This document shows positions 1 through 9,071 of a stretch of 64,000 bases of DNA, in pieces. The stretch's first letter is position 1. Every line of letters starts with the position of its first letter. The stretch is taken from the NCBI GenBank assembly GCA_031376455.1, contig JANMDU010000058.1, forward strand, positions 45,388 through 109,387, given 5' to 3'. The stretch comes from Variovorax sp. GTDB taxonomy: Bacteria; Pseudomonadota; Gammaproteobacteria; Burkholderiales; Burkholderiaceae_C. Below the pieces are notes generated by a model that was not told where the DNA came from, did no database searches, and saw only the letters and a program-made list of their open reading frames with translations. The translations under genes were made by a program, and so were the position numbers.

Positions 1-283
1 AGACAGCCACACCGCTTTTCTCTTCGACAAGATCAACTTCTTGATGGATGCCGTGGTCGGTTTCATCAACATCAACCAAAACAAGATCATCAAAATCTTC
101 TCCGTAGCCAGCGTTGCTTTGTTGCCGCCCACTTTGATCGCCAGCATTTACGGCATGAACATGCAAATCCCAGAAGTGCAAGCTCTAGGCGCATCCGCTT
201 ACCCATTCGTTGTGGCGCTGATGCTTTGCAGCGCGATTTTGCCGATGTGGTACTTTAGAAAGCGTGGCTGGCTCAAGGGCTAG
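1..283 (+). CDS. corA: Magnesium/cobalt transporter CorA, 3' fragment (gene starts before the window)
   Basis: C-terminal KINFLMDAVVGFININQNKIIKIFSV...PPTLIASIYGMN: CorA GMN motif plus final TM helix. Confidence 0.93.
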   Translation, partial: DSHTAFLFDKINFLMDAVVGFININQNKIIKIFSVASVALLPPTLIASIYGMNMQIPEVQALGASAYPFVVALMLCSAILPMWYFRKRGWLKG

Positions 284-348
284 TTTTTTAGGTCTTTTAG
301 GCAGTTAGCCGGCGTATTTATTGCGCAGAGTGCTATTAATTTTGGAGT
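280..348 (+). repeat. Family-1 ~68-bp element; left end overlaps the corA stop
   Basis: ggcagttagccggcgtatttattgcgcagagtgctattaattttggagt. Confidence 0.85.
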
Positions 349-380
349 ATTCGAAGAGTTTCTTTTTGGATGCAGCGGCT

Positions 381-454
381 GCGAGTTAGAGGCATTTCGC
401 CCGCCTTCATGGTGGAGTACCACAAATCAGTCGGGCGAAATGCCTCTAACTCGC
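381..454. repeat. 23-bp perfect inverted repeat with 28-nt spacer
   Basis: GCGAGTTAGAGGCATTTCGCCCG (381-403) / CGGGCGAAATGCCTCTAACTCGC (432-454). Confidence 0.9.
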
Positions 455-550
455 GGCCTGTCTGGTATGCAAAAAATCTTCGCGCGCCAATGATGGCAAA
501 TGCAAATCCTGTTTGCACACTGCGATCAAAACGCCGCCGAGCCAACCACC

Positions 551-699
551 GGCCTGTGGGAGCTGTATTCGGGCGGGCGATTTTTGCATCGCAGCGTTTG
601 AAAACGCGGCGCGTTTTCACTTCAACATTTCAGGCGACAGGTGTCGCCAAGCCCGCGAGAAGGAACCATGAGCCCGCCCGAATACGGCTCCCACAGGCC
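551..699. repeat. 28-bp inverted repeat (1 mismatch) enclosing two smaller hairpins; REP/REPIN-like
   Basis: GGCCTGTGGGAGCTGTATTCGGGCGGGC (551-578) / GCCCGCCCGAATACGGCTCCCACAGGCC (672-699). Confidence 0.88.
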
Positions 700-792
700 A
701 TGGAGCACCAACCATCTCAAACACATTTTTAAGCAAAACAGGCCGTGAGTCCAAGCATCACCTGCGCAGAGCGCTACGAAATAAATAGCGAA

Positions 793-1653
793 TCAAAACC
801 GCTCATCAGCTCCAAGATAACGCCATTGCCCCACCGGAAGTTGCCCCAGTTTGACATTCCCAATCCGCACGCGCTTCAAGCCCGTGACGTGCAAACCCAC
901 CACCTCACACATCCGCCGAATTTGCCTTTTTTTGCCTTCGCGCAGCACAAAACGAAGTTGCTCAGGATTCTGCCAATCCACCAAAGCACGCTTCAAAGGC
1001 TTGTCATCTAACACGATGCCATGCCGCAGTAGATTGAGCTTTTCGAGTGGAAATTGCGATTGCACATCTGGCGTTTGCATATTGCGATTGCTTGCATCTT
1101 TGGCTTTCACCAAACTCACGCGCACCAGATATTCCTTCTCCATATCCGAGTCTTCGCCAATCAGTTGGCGAGCAATCCGGCCATCTTGCGTGAGCACGAG
1201 CAAGCCCACGGAATCAATATCGAGTCGCCCGGCAGGCGCTAAGCCGCGCAATTGCTCGCGCGTAAAACGCAACGGGCTCGAATCAGCCAGCCAATGCGCC
1301 CGGCTGCCAATCAACACAACAGCGGGCTCATGCCCATCCTCGGCTTGCCCGCTCACATAACCGACCGGCTTATTGAGCAAAATCGTCACTTGCCCCGCTT
1401 GATGGCCTTGCGCTCGTTTATCGACCTCGACGCGATCTTGCGGCGTCACTTTAACGCCCATCGGGGCAATCTCTCCATTGACCTTCACCCAGCCACGCTC
1501 GATCCAATCATCGGCCTCGCGGCGCGAACACAAGCCCAACTCGGCCATGCGCTTGTTTAAGCGAATCGGCTCTTGCGGGATGGCAGGCGCTTTGATCACC
1601 CGGACCGCTCCCCCCGCTTTAGCCATCTTCACAGTTTGAGGAATATCGCTCAT
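793..1653 (-). CDS. rRNA pseudouridine synthase, RluF/RluB family (S4 domain)
   Basis: S4 motif RLNKRMAELGLCSRREAD, catalytic GRLDIDS, EGKKRQIRRM. Confidence 0.92.
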   Translation of the reverse strand: MSDIPQTVKMAKAGGAVRVIKAPAIPQEPIRLNKRMAELGLCSRREADDWIERGWVKVNGEIAPMGVKVTPQDRVEVDKRAQGHQAGQVTILLNKPVGYVSGQAEDGHEPAVVLIGSRAHWLADSSPLRFTREQLRGLAPAGRLDIDSVGLLVLTQDGRIARQLIGEDSDMEKEYLVRVSLVKAKDASNRNMQTPDVQSQFPLEKLNLLRHGIVLDDKPLKRALVDWQNPEQLRFVLREGKKRQIRRMCEVVGLHVTGLKRVRIGNVKLGQLPVGQWRYLGADERF

Positions 1654-1654
1654 C

Positions 1655-2386
1655 TCATGATGCCTTCACAAAAGCCGCTTGCCTAAGCGCAGGTATATCA
1701 GGCACTCTTAAGCCCCCATATTCAATGAGCACCAATTGCCGTAACTCCAGCTCACGCAGCGCTTGGTTGACCCGCTGACGCGATAAGCCGACCAAATTCG
1801 CCAGCTCTTGCTGCGTGATCCGTAAAATATTGCTCGTGCCCGGATACAGAATGGGATTGAGCAAACCGGCCAAACCCGCCGCTACGCGCGCCTCCGGGCT
1901 CGTCATCCGGTCGCTCTCTCGCGCCGCGATAAATTGCCCAACCCGCTCATTGAGCTGATTCATCACAAAGCGATTGAACGCAATGCTTTGATCCAGCAAC
2001 CAATGAAAGGTCTCCACTGGAATGCCCGCTACCACGCTGGGGCGAAGCGCTTGAATGTTGTAGCGGTAATTTTCTTGCTTCAATACGGTGCCCTCGCCAA
2101 ACCATCCGCCCGGCGGCACGCCAATCAACGTGATCGTGCGGCCATCAGCCGTCTCATTGCTCATCTTCAGCAGGCCATCGATCAATCCAAACCAATACGT
2201 CACCGGTCTGCCAAAACGCACCACGTAATCGCCCGTTTCAGCATCCCCGACTTGCAGCGCCGCACACGCACGAAGATGATGCTGCGGCTCTAGCACAGCC
2301 AGCCAAGGAATCGCATCGAGTTCTGCTTGCGTCGGCCCGCGCCTGCGTTTGGCGAGGCTGAGCTCTTGAGGGATGTGTTTGCTCAT
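1655..2386 (-). CDS. Crp/Fnr family transcriptional regulator
   Basis: cNMP-binding fold (GGWFGEG) and C-terminal HTH ITQQELANLVGLSRQRVNQAL; divergent from the acyl-CoA ligase/ABC cluster. Confidence 0.92.
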   Translation of the reverse strand: MSKHIPQELSLAKRRRGPTQAELDAIPWLAVLEPQHHLRACAALQVGDAETGDYVVRFGRPVTYWFGLIDGLLKMSNETADGRTITLIGVPPGGWFGEGTVLKQENYRYNIQALRPSVVAGIPVETFHWLLDQSIAFNRFVMNQLNERVGQFIAARESDRMTSPEARVAAGLAGLLNPILYPGTSNILRITQQELANLVGLSRQRVNQALRELELRQLVLIEYGGLRVPDIPALRQAAFVKAS

Positions 2387-2477
2387 AAAAAAGTCGGTAT
2401 TTGTAAGAGAGGCGACAGTTCAGAAAGCAACCGAGGAAAGCCACAAGGGTATTTCCTGCCAAGTGTTTCCCCTAGAT

Positions 2478-2493
2478 TGTCGTTATACAGACA
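2478..2493. promoter_or_regulatory. Candidate Crp-family operator TGTCG-N6-AGACA (second site 2402-2417)
   Basis: Crp-type 5-6-5 geometry in the divergent promoter next to the Crp gene. Confidence 0.5.
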
Positions 2494-2518
2494 TGATAAC
2501 GTCAAATGACTGGCTACA

Positions 2519-4474
2519 TTGCAATGCATGCAGCAAACTTTCCCTCAATTGCTTCTTCAACATGCCGCCGAGCGCCCGGATGCATCGGCTATGCGCGAAA
2601 AAGAATACGGCATTTGGCAAAGCCTGTCGTGGCGCAATCTGGCCAGGATGGTGGAAAGCGTTGCTTGCGGCCTGCACCAAGCAGGCTTGAAGCGTGGTGA
2701 ACACATCGTCGTCATTGGCAGCAATCGCCCGCGCCTGTATGCCAGCATGTTGGCCGCGCAATCTCTAGGCGCGATTCCTGTCCCGTTGTATCAAGATTCT
2801 GCTGCTGCGGAATGCGTTTTCCCCATCACCAATGCCGAGATTCGCTTTGGTATTGTGGAAGATCAAGAGCAAGTCGATAAACTGCTCGAAGTCCAAGAGA
2901 GTTGCCCGCTTCTCACGCATATTTGGTTTGACGATCCGCGTGGCCTACGCAATTACAACGATGCTGGTTTGGCTTCGCTGGATGCGTTGATTGCAGCAGG
3001 CGAGAAATTTGCATCCGCAAACCCAAGTTTTTTTAAAACCGAAGCTCTCGTCGCCCAGCCGCATGATGTGGCTGCTATGTTTTATACGTCTGGCACGACC
3101 GGCAACCCCAAAGGCGTGGTACACACGCATCTCTCGCTGCTTGATCGCAGCGCGGCTGGCGCGAAATTCGACAATTTAAGTTGCCAAGAAAATGTGTTGG
3201 CCTACATGCCGCCCGCATGGATCGGGCAAAACATTTTCAGCTATTCGCAATGGCTCGTTTGCGGCTACACCGTCAACTGCCCTGAGAGCGCCGCCACGGT
3301 GACGATTGACCTCAAAGAAATCGGGCCAACCTATTATTTTGCCCCACCGCGAGTGTTCGAAGGCTTGCTTACCAGCGTGATGATTCGCATGGAAGATGCG
3401 GGTGCGATCAAGCGAGTGATTTTCAAAACCTTCATGGATGTCGCCAAAAAAGTCGGCCCTGCCAAGATGGATGGGCAATCGATTGGTCTCGCAAGCAGCA
3501 TCATGTATGCGCTAGGCAACTTCTTTGTTTACAGCCCGCTGCGAAACAATTTGGGCATGAGCCGCGTTCGCGTGGCCTACACCGCAGGCGAGGCCATTGG
3601 CCCTGATCTCTTCACGTTTTACCGCTCGATTGGCATCAACTTGAAGCAGCTCTACGGCTCAACGGAGACAGCTGTGTTCGTTTGCTTGCAGCCTGATAAC
3701 GCCGTGCGTGCGGATACGGTAGGCGTACCGATTGAAGGCGTGGAAATCAAGGTCGATGACAACGGCGAAATTTTGGTGAAATCACCCGGTTTGCTCAAAG
3801 AGTATTTTAAAAATCCTGCGGCGACCGCTGAAGTAAAAACAGCCGACGGTTGGTATCGCACGAGCGATGCCGGCTTTATTGATGCCAGCGGCCAGCTCAA
3901 AATTATTGACCGCGTGAAAGACGTGGGCCGCATCAAGGGTGGCGCGAATGATGGCGCGATGTTTGCGCCGAAGTATGTCGAAAATAAACTCAAGTTTTTC
4001 CAATACATCAAAGAAGCTGTGGCTTATGGCGATGCACGCAGCCAAGTGTGCGTGATCCTCAATATCGACATGAATGCGGTGGGCAACTGGGCCGAGCGGC
4101 GCAACCTGCCTTATGCGGGCTACACCGATCTCGCACAAAAAGATGAGACGTACAAGCTGATCCGCGAATGTGTGGAATCCGTCAACGCTGATCTCTCACG
4201 CGACACGCTATTGGCAGGCAGCCAAATCAGCCGCTTCCTGGTGCTGCACAAAGAGCTCGATGCCGATGACGGTGAATTGACGCGCACCAATAAAGTCCGC
4301 CGAGGTTTTATTGGCGATAAATACCAACCATTGATTGATGCTTTGTACAGCGGCAAATCGGAGCAATTTATTGAGACGGTGGTGAAGTTTGAAGATGGCA
4401 GGAGCGGGAAGGTGAGCGCGACGTTGAAGATTTCCGATGCGAAGACTTTTGCTACTTTGGCCAAGGCTGCCTGA
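2519..4474 (+). CDS. Long-chain acyl-CoA ligase (AMP-binding); start may be 2528
   Basis: YTSGTTGNPKG, YGSTE and TSDAG adenylation motifs. Confidence 0.92.
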   Translation: MQCMQQTFPQLLLQHAAERPDASAMREKEYGIWQSLSWRNLARMVESVACGLHQAGLKRGEHIVVIGSNRPRLYASMLAAQSLGAIPVPLYQDSAAAECVFPITNAEIRFGIVEDQEQVDKLLEVQESCPLLTHIWFDDPRGLRNYNDAGLASLDALIAAGEKFASANPSFFKTEALVAQPHDVAAMFYTSGTTGNPKGVVHTHLSLLDRSAAGAKFDNLSCQENVLAYMPPAWIGQNIFSYSQWLVCGYTVNCPESAATVTIDLKEIGPTYYFAPPRVFEGLLTSVMIRMEDAGAIKRVIFKTFMDVAKKVGPAKMDGQSIGLASSIMYALGNFFVYSPLRNNLGMSRVRVAYTAGEAIGPDLFTFYRSIGINLKQLYGSTETAVFVCLQPDNAVRADTVGVPIEGVEIKVDDNGEILVKSPGLLKEYFKNPAATAEVKTADGWYRTSDAGFIDASGQLKIIDRVKDVGRIKGGANDGAMFAPKYVENKLKFFQYIKEAVAYGDARSQVCVILNIDMNAVGNWAERRNLPYAGYTDLAQKDETYKLIRECVESVNADLSRDTLLAGSQISRFLVLHKELDADDGELTRTNKVRRGFIGDKYQPLIDALYSGKSEQFIETVVKFEDGRSGKVSATLKISDAKTFATLAKAA

Positions 4475-4490
4475 GATCGACCGACATGAA

Positions 4491-4590
4491 GAACACGGAA
4501 GTCACGAAAGTAGGACGGAAGACACAGAAAACGGGACGCATTTTTCGTGCCTTCCGTGAAGTTTCCGTGTTTTCCGTGTTTTCCGTGTTC
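4491..4590. repeat. Family-2 palindromic element (CACGGAA type)
   Basis: Ends GAACACGGAA / TTCCGTGTTC; ~10-nt internal units. Confidence 0.85.
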
Positions 4591-4613
4591 TCCTATCACC
4601 CCGAAGAAAAATC

Positions 4614-5396
4614 ATGAGCAAGAAAATTGGTGACGTCATCCTTGACGTGCAAAACATCTCACTCGCCTTCGGCGGCGTGAAGGCGCTGTCTGATATCAGC
4701 TTCAATGTGCGTGAGCATGAAGTGCGCGCCATCATTGGGCCGAACGGCGCAGGTAAAAGCTCTATGCTGAACTGCATCAATGGCGTGTACACGCCACAGC
4801 AAGGCTCGATCACATTTCGTGGGCAAACGTTCAAGCACATGGATTCGCACCAAGTGGCCAAGATGGGCGTGGCGCGTACTTTTCAAAATCTCGCGCTCTT
4901 CAAAGGCATGAGCGTACTGGACAACATCATGAGCGGGCGTAATTTGCGCATCAAAAGCAATATCTTCATGCAAGCGCTGCGCTGGGGCCCCGCTGAGCGC
5001 GAAGAAAATGAACATCGTGCGAAGGTCGAAGAGATCATTGACTTTTTAGAAATTCAGGCTTACCGTAAAACGCCGGTGGGTCAATTGCCTTACGGTTTGC
5101 AAAAGCGCGTTGACCTTGGCCGTGCTCTCGCCATGGAACCCCAAGTGCTCTTGCTCGATGAGCCGATGGCCGGCATGAACATCGAAGAAAAACAAGACAT
5201 GTGCCGCTTCGTGCTCGATGTGAACGATGAATTCGGTAAGACGGTGGTGTTGATCGAACATGAAATGGGTGTGGTGATGGATATTTCAGACCGCGTGGTC
5301 GTGCTTGATTACGGCAAGAAGATTGGAGATGGCACGCCTTCGGAAGTGCGCAACAGCCCTGAGGTAATCAAGGCGTATCTAGGAACGGGGCACTAG
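4614..5396 (+). CDS. ABC transporter ATP-binding protein, LivG-like
   Basis: Walker A GPNGAGKS, LPYGLQKRV, LLLDEP. Confidence 0.93.
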   Translation: MSKKIGDVILDVQNISLAFGGVKALSDISFNVREHEVRAIIGPNGAGKSSMLNCINGVYTPQQGSITFRGQTFKHMDSHQVAKMGVARTFQNLALFKGMSVLDNIMSGRNLRIKSNIFMQALRWGPAEREENEHRAKVEEIIDFLEIQAYRKTPVGQLPYGLQKRVDLGRALAMEPQVLLLDEPMAGMNIEEKQDMCRFVLDVNDEFGKTVVLIEHEMGVVMDISDRVVVLDYGKKIGDGTPSEVRNSPEVIKAYLGTGH

Positions 5397-5397
5397 C

Positions 5398-6327
5398 ATG
5401 GGGTTCTTTCTCGAAACTCTACTTGGCGGCCTGATGGCGGGCATGCTGTATTCACTGGTGGCGCTCGGCTTTGTGTTGATCTTCAAAGCATCAGGCGTGT
5501 TTAACTTTGCGCAAGGTGCGATGGTGCTCTTCGCAGCATTGGCCATGGCACGATTCGCAGAGTGGTTCCCGCAGTGGACGGGGATTGAGAACAAGATCGT
5601 TGCCAATCTGTTTGCCTTTGCAGTAGCTGCAGTGATCATGTTTATCGTGGCTTATGTGATTGAGCGCTTGGTGCTGCGGCATTTGGTCAATCAAGAAGGC
5701 GCGACCTTGCTGATGGCTACTCTGGGCATCGCTTATTTTCTCGATGGCCTCGGCCAGACGCTTTTTGGCAGCGCGATTTACAAGATCGATATTGGTATGC
5801 CCAAAGAGCCGATCATGGCGTTTCAAAATACGTTTCAAGGCGGCATTTTGATCAGCCAAGAAGATTTGATTGCTGCATGTATTGCAGCAGGGCTGGTCGC
5901 GATGCTCTCGCTGTTTTTCCAAAAGACGACCACCGGACGAGCGCTCCGAGCTGTGGCGGATGACCATCAAGCTGCGCAATCAATTGGCATTCCGCTGAAC
6001 CGCATTTGGGTGATTGTGTGGTGCGTGGCGGGTATTGTCGCTTTGGTCGCGGGCATGATTTGGGGCAGTAAATTGGGCGTGCAGTTTTCGCTCACGACGG
6101 TCGCATTGCGGGCGTTGCCCGTTGTGATTTTGGGTGGCTTAACTTCCGTGCCCGGCGCAATTATTGGCGGGCTGATCATCGGTGTGGGCGAGAAGCTCTC
6201 TGAGGTGTATCTCGGCCCCATGGTGGGCGGCGGGATTGAAATTTGGTTTGCGTATGTGTTGGCTCTTGTTTTCTTGCTTTTCAGGCCGCAAGGTTTGTTT
6301 GGCGAGAAGATTATTGATCGCGTTTAG
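5398..6327 (+). CDS. Branched-chain-amino-acid-type ABC permease, LivH-like
   Basis: GVFNFAQG, GRALRAVADD motifs; multiple TM segments. Confidence 0.92.
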   Translation: MGFFLETLLGGLMAGMLYSLVALGFVLIFKASGVFNFAQGAMVLFAALAMARFAEWFPQWTGIENKIVANLFAFAVAAVIMFIVAYVIERLVLRHLVNQEGATLLMATLGIAYFLDGLGQTLFGSAIYKIDIGMPKEPIMAFQNTFQGGILISQEDLIAACIAAGLVAMLSLFFQKTTTGRALRAVADDHQAAQSIGIPLNRIWVIVWCVAGIVALVAGMIWGSKLGVQFSLTTVALRALPVVILGGLTSVPGAIIGGLIIGVGEKLSEVYLGPMVGGGIEIWFAYVLALVFLLFRPQGLFGEKIIDRV

Positions 6328-6351
6328 TCGGCCGCACAAGGAATAAGAATC

Positions 6352-7428
6352 ATGTTCTACAGAGAAAACGGTCAGTTCAAAACCAGTTACCGCGCCGACA
6401 GCCAGATCTTTGGCATCACGCAAGATCGCTACGGCATCGCCTTGCTGCTTCTTGCTGCTTTTATCGCTGTGCCGATGTTTGCCAGCGACTATATGTTCAA
6501 GGCGATCCTAGTGCCTTTTCTGATCCTCTCGCTGGCTGCGATTGGCGTGAACATTCTCGTAGGCTATTGCGGGCAAATCTCACTAGGCTCAGGCGCATTT
6601 ATGGCAGTCGGCGCCTATGCGGCGTATAACTTTTTTGTGCGCGTGGATGGTATTCCACTGATTGCAGCCCTCTTGCTAGGTGGTACGTGTGCTGCATTCG
6701 TTGGTGTGTTTTTCGGCATACCGAGCCTGCGAGTACGAGGCTTGTATTTGGCGGTCGCAACGCTTGCTGCGCAGTTCGTTTGCGACTGGGCTTTTCTGCG
6801 CATCAAATGGTTTACCAACAACTCCACCTCGGGCTCTGTGTCGGTCGCTGATATGAGCATCTTAGGTTGGAGCATCAACAGCCCGATGGATAAATATTTG
6901 TTTTGCCTTGGGATGGTGTGTGTGTTTGCGCTGCTGGCTAAAAACTTAGTGCGCTCGGCGATTGGCCGCGAGTGGATGGCGATTCGGGATATGGATGTGG
7001 CAGCAGCGGTGATCGGCATTCGCCCGATGTATGCCAAGTTGTCCGCCTTCGCTGTGAGCAGTTTTATTGTGGGTGTGGCGGGCGCGATGTGGGGCTTTGT
7101 GTATCTGGGCTCATGGGAGCCAGCTGCTTTCAATATTGATCGCAGCTTTCAATTGCTCTTTATGGTGATCATTGGCGGTATGGGCTCGATCATGGGCAGC
7201 TTTTTTGGCGCGGCGTTTATCGTGATTTTGCCAATTTTTCTCAACCAGTTCTTACCATTTTTGGGCAACTTGGTTGGCGTGACGATATCTACAGCAGGCA
7301 TCGCACACAGCGAAATCATGATTTTTGGTGCATTGATTGTGTGGTTTTTGATTGTGGAGCCGCATGGGCTGGCGAGGCTGTGGAGCTTGGGCAAACAGAA
7401 GCTGCGCATTTGGCCATTTCCGCATTGA
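6352..7428 (+). CDS. Branched-chain-amino-acid-type ABC permease, LivM-like
   Basis: GYCGQISLG, GREWMAIRD, IIGGMGSI motifs. Confidence 0.92.
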   Translation: MFYRENGQFKTSYRADSQIFGITQDRYGIALLLLAAFIAVPMFASDYMFKAILVPFLILSLAAIGVNILVGYCGQISLGSGAFMAVGAYAAYNFFVRVDGIPLIAALLLGGTCAAFVGVFFGIPSLRVRGLYLAVATLAAQFVCDWAFLRIKWFTNNSTSGSVSVADMSILGWSINSPMDKYLFCLGMVCVFALLAKNLVRSAIGREWMAIRDMDVAAAVIGIRPMYAKLSAFAVSSFIVGVAGAMWGFVYLGSWEPAAFNIDRSFQLLFMVIIGGMGSIMGSFFGAAFIVILPIFLNQFLPFLGNLVGVTISTAGIAHSEIMIFGALIVWFLIVEPHGLARLWSLGKQKLRIWPFPH

Positions 7429-7553
7429 GGCCACATTGATACCTTATGAGAGAAAAATGGCCAGGTTGGGCGTGCTCGCAAACACCTAGGCTGATTCAAA
7501 TTGGTGAGCGTTGAAATGTTTGTGTATTTATCTTTTTATTTAGGAGACTTCAA

Positions 7554-8891
7554 ATGAAACTTCGTCAACTCACAGCAGCCGTCTTGGTTGCAGCCTCAGC
7601 GCTCGGCGCCACGGCTTTATCTACTTCGGCCATCGCGCAAGAAAAAGTGCAGTTTTTCCCCAGCTTGACGGGCCGCACTGGGCCAGTCGCGCCTAATGCC
7701 ACACCGTTTGCCAACGGCTACTGGGATTACATGAAGCTCGTCAACGAGCGCGGTGGCATCAACGGCGTGAAGACGCTGGTTGAAGAATGCGAGACGGCTT
7801 ACGCCACAGATCGCGGCGTCGAGTGCTACGAGCGCTTGAAGGGCAAGCATGGCGGCGCAACCGTGTTTCAGCCCTTGTCCACCGGCATCACCTTCGCGCT
7901 GACTGAGAAAGTGCCGGGCGACAAAATTCCATTGATTACTTCTGGCTATGGCCGCAGCGATGCAGCTGACGGCAATATGTTCAAGTGGAATTTTCCACTG
8001 ATCGGTCATTACTGGGTCGCTGGCGATACCGTGCTGCAACACGTGGCCAAGCAAGCCGGCGGCTGGGACAAATTGAAGGGCAAGAAAATTGGCGTGGTCT
8101 ACCACGACAGCCCATTCGGCAAAGAGCTGCTGCCGATCATCAATGAGCGCGCAGCGATGCATGGCTTCACGATTCTTCCATTCCCAGTTGCTGCACCTGG
8201 AGTCGAGCAAGGTGCAACATGGCTGCAAATTCGCCAGCAGCGCCCGGATTACGTCGTGATGCAGACCTGGGGTGTGATGACAGCCACGGCCATCAAAGAA
8301 GCTGTGGCCAAGGGCTATCCGCGTGAGCAGATGTTTGGTACTTGGTGGTCTGGCGCTGAGCCAGATTTGAAAGATGTGGGCGCGGCTGCTAAAGGTTACA
8401 GCGCTGTGATGATGCAGCATGGCGCGGAACCTGGCTCTGATGTGGTGAAAGACATCTTGGCCAAAGTGCATGGCAAAAACGCTGGCACGGGCCCCAAAGA
8501 TGAAGTCGGATCTGTGCTCTATATGCGCGGCGTGGTCGGCGCGATGCTCTCGGTAGAAGGCGCGCGTACAGCGCAAGAGCGCTTTGGCAAGGGCAAGCCT
8601 GTGACGGGCGAGCAAGCACGCTGGGGCTACGAAAATTTGAACTTGACGCAAGCCAAGCTCGATGCACTCGGCTTTAAAGGCGTGATGCGCCCCGTCTCCA
8701 CCAGCTGCGCCGATCACATGGGCTCGGCTTGGGCGCGCGTGCATACATGGGACGGCGCGAAGTTCTCTTGGTCTTCAGATTGGCTGCAAGCCGACAACGC
8801 GATCATTCGCCCACTCGTGAAAGCTTCGGCTGATCGTTATGGTACTGAGAAAAAACTTAGCCGCCGCGAAGCCAGCGATTGTGGTTCCTAA
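7554..8891 (+). CDS. ABC transporter substrate-binding protein (Liv/PBP1 type)
   Basis: Signal peptide; RTGP, GGING, EECETAY PBP1 pattern; within the ABC cluster. Confidence 0.9.
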   Translation: MKLRQLTAAVLVAASALGATALSTSAIAQEKVQFFPSLTGRTGPVAPNATPFANGYWDYMKLVNERGGINGVKTLVEECETAYATDRGVECYERLKGKHGGATVFQPLSTGITFALTEKVPGDKIPLITSGYGRSDAADGNMFKWNFPLIGHYWVAGDTVLQHVAKQAGGWDKLKGKKIGVVYHDSPFGKELLPIINERAAMHGFTILPFPVAAPGVEQGATWLQIRQQRPDYVVMQTWGVMTATAIKEAVAKGYPREQMFGTWWSGAEPDLKDVGAAAKGYSAVMMQHGAEPGSDVVKDILAKVHGKNAGTGPKDEVGSVLYMRGVVGAMLSVEGARTAQERFGKGKPVTGEQARWGYENLNLTQAKLDALGFKGVMRPVSTSCADHMGSAWARVHTWDGAKFSWSSDWLQADNAIIRPLVKASADRYGTEKKLSRREASDCGS

Positions 8892-8990
8892 TCGGAACCC
8901 ACCCCCTGAGCCGCTAACGCGTCTTCCCCCTCTGCTGCGCGAGGGGGACACCGCCAGCCGACTGGCAAAGCCAGATCGGCGGCGGTTGCT
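8883..8990. repeat. GC-rich multi-hairpin, REP-like, between SBP and livF
   Basis: GGTTCC/GGAACC, TCCCCCTC/GAGGGGGA, nested CCGCC.GCCGA-CTGGC-aaa-GCCAG-.TCGGCGGCGG. Confidence 0.7.
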
Positions 8991-9071
8991 GGGAACACAG
9001 CTAGAGCAGGATTCTCCTGCTCTCAAATCACAAGGTCGCGTGCGATCTTGTGATTTGAGAAAGCTCACACC

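Noticed and set aside
336-732. ORFs 336-620 (-) and 370-732 (+)
   Set aside because: They span inverted repeats and show no protein motifs.
1053-1091. ATTGCGATTGC direct repeat in a variable loop of the pseudouridine synthase
   Set aside because: Short, with no match to families 1 or 2; the loop is plausibly lineage-variable.
1087-1102. 16-bp exact match (CAAAGATGCAAGCAAT) between the rlu gene (minus strand) and 30434-30449
   Set aside because: About one 16-mer match is expected by chance in 64 kb across both strands; the flanks do not extend.
4491-4590. Short-period repeats resembling a CRISPR array
   Set aside because: Units are ~10 nt, form an inverted pair and have no unique spacers; no cas genes are present.
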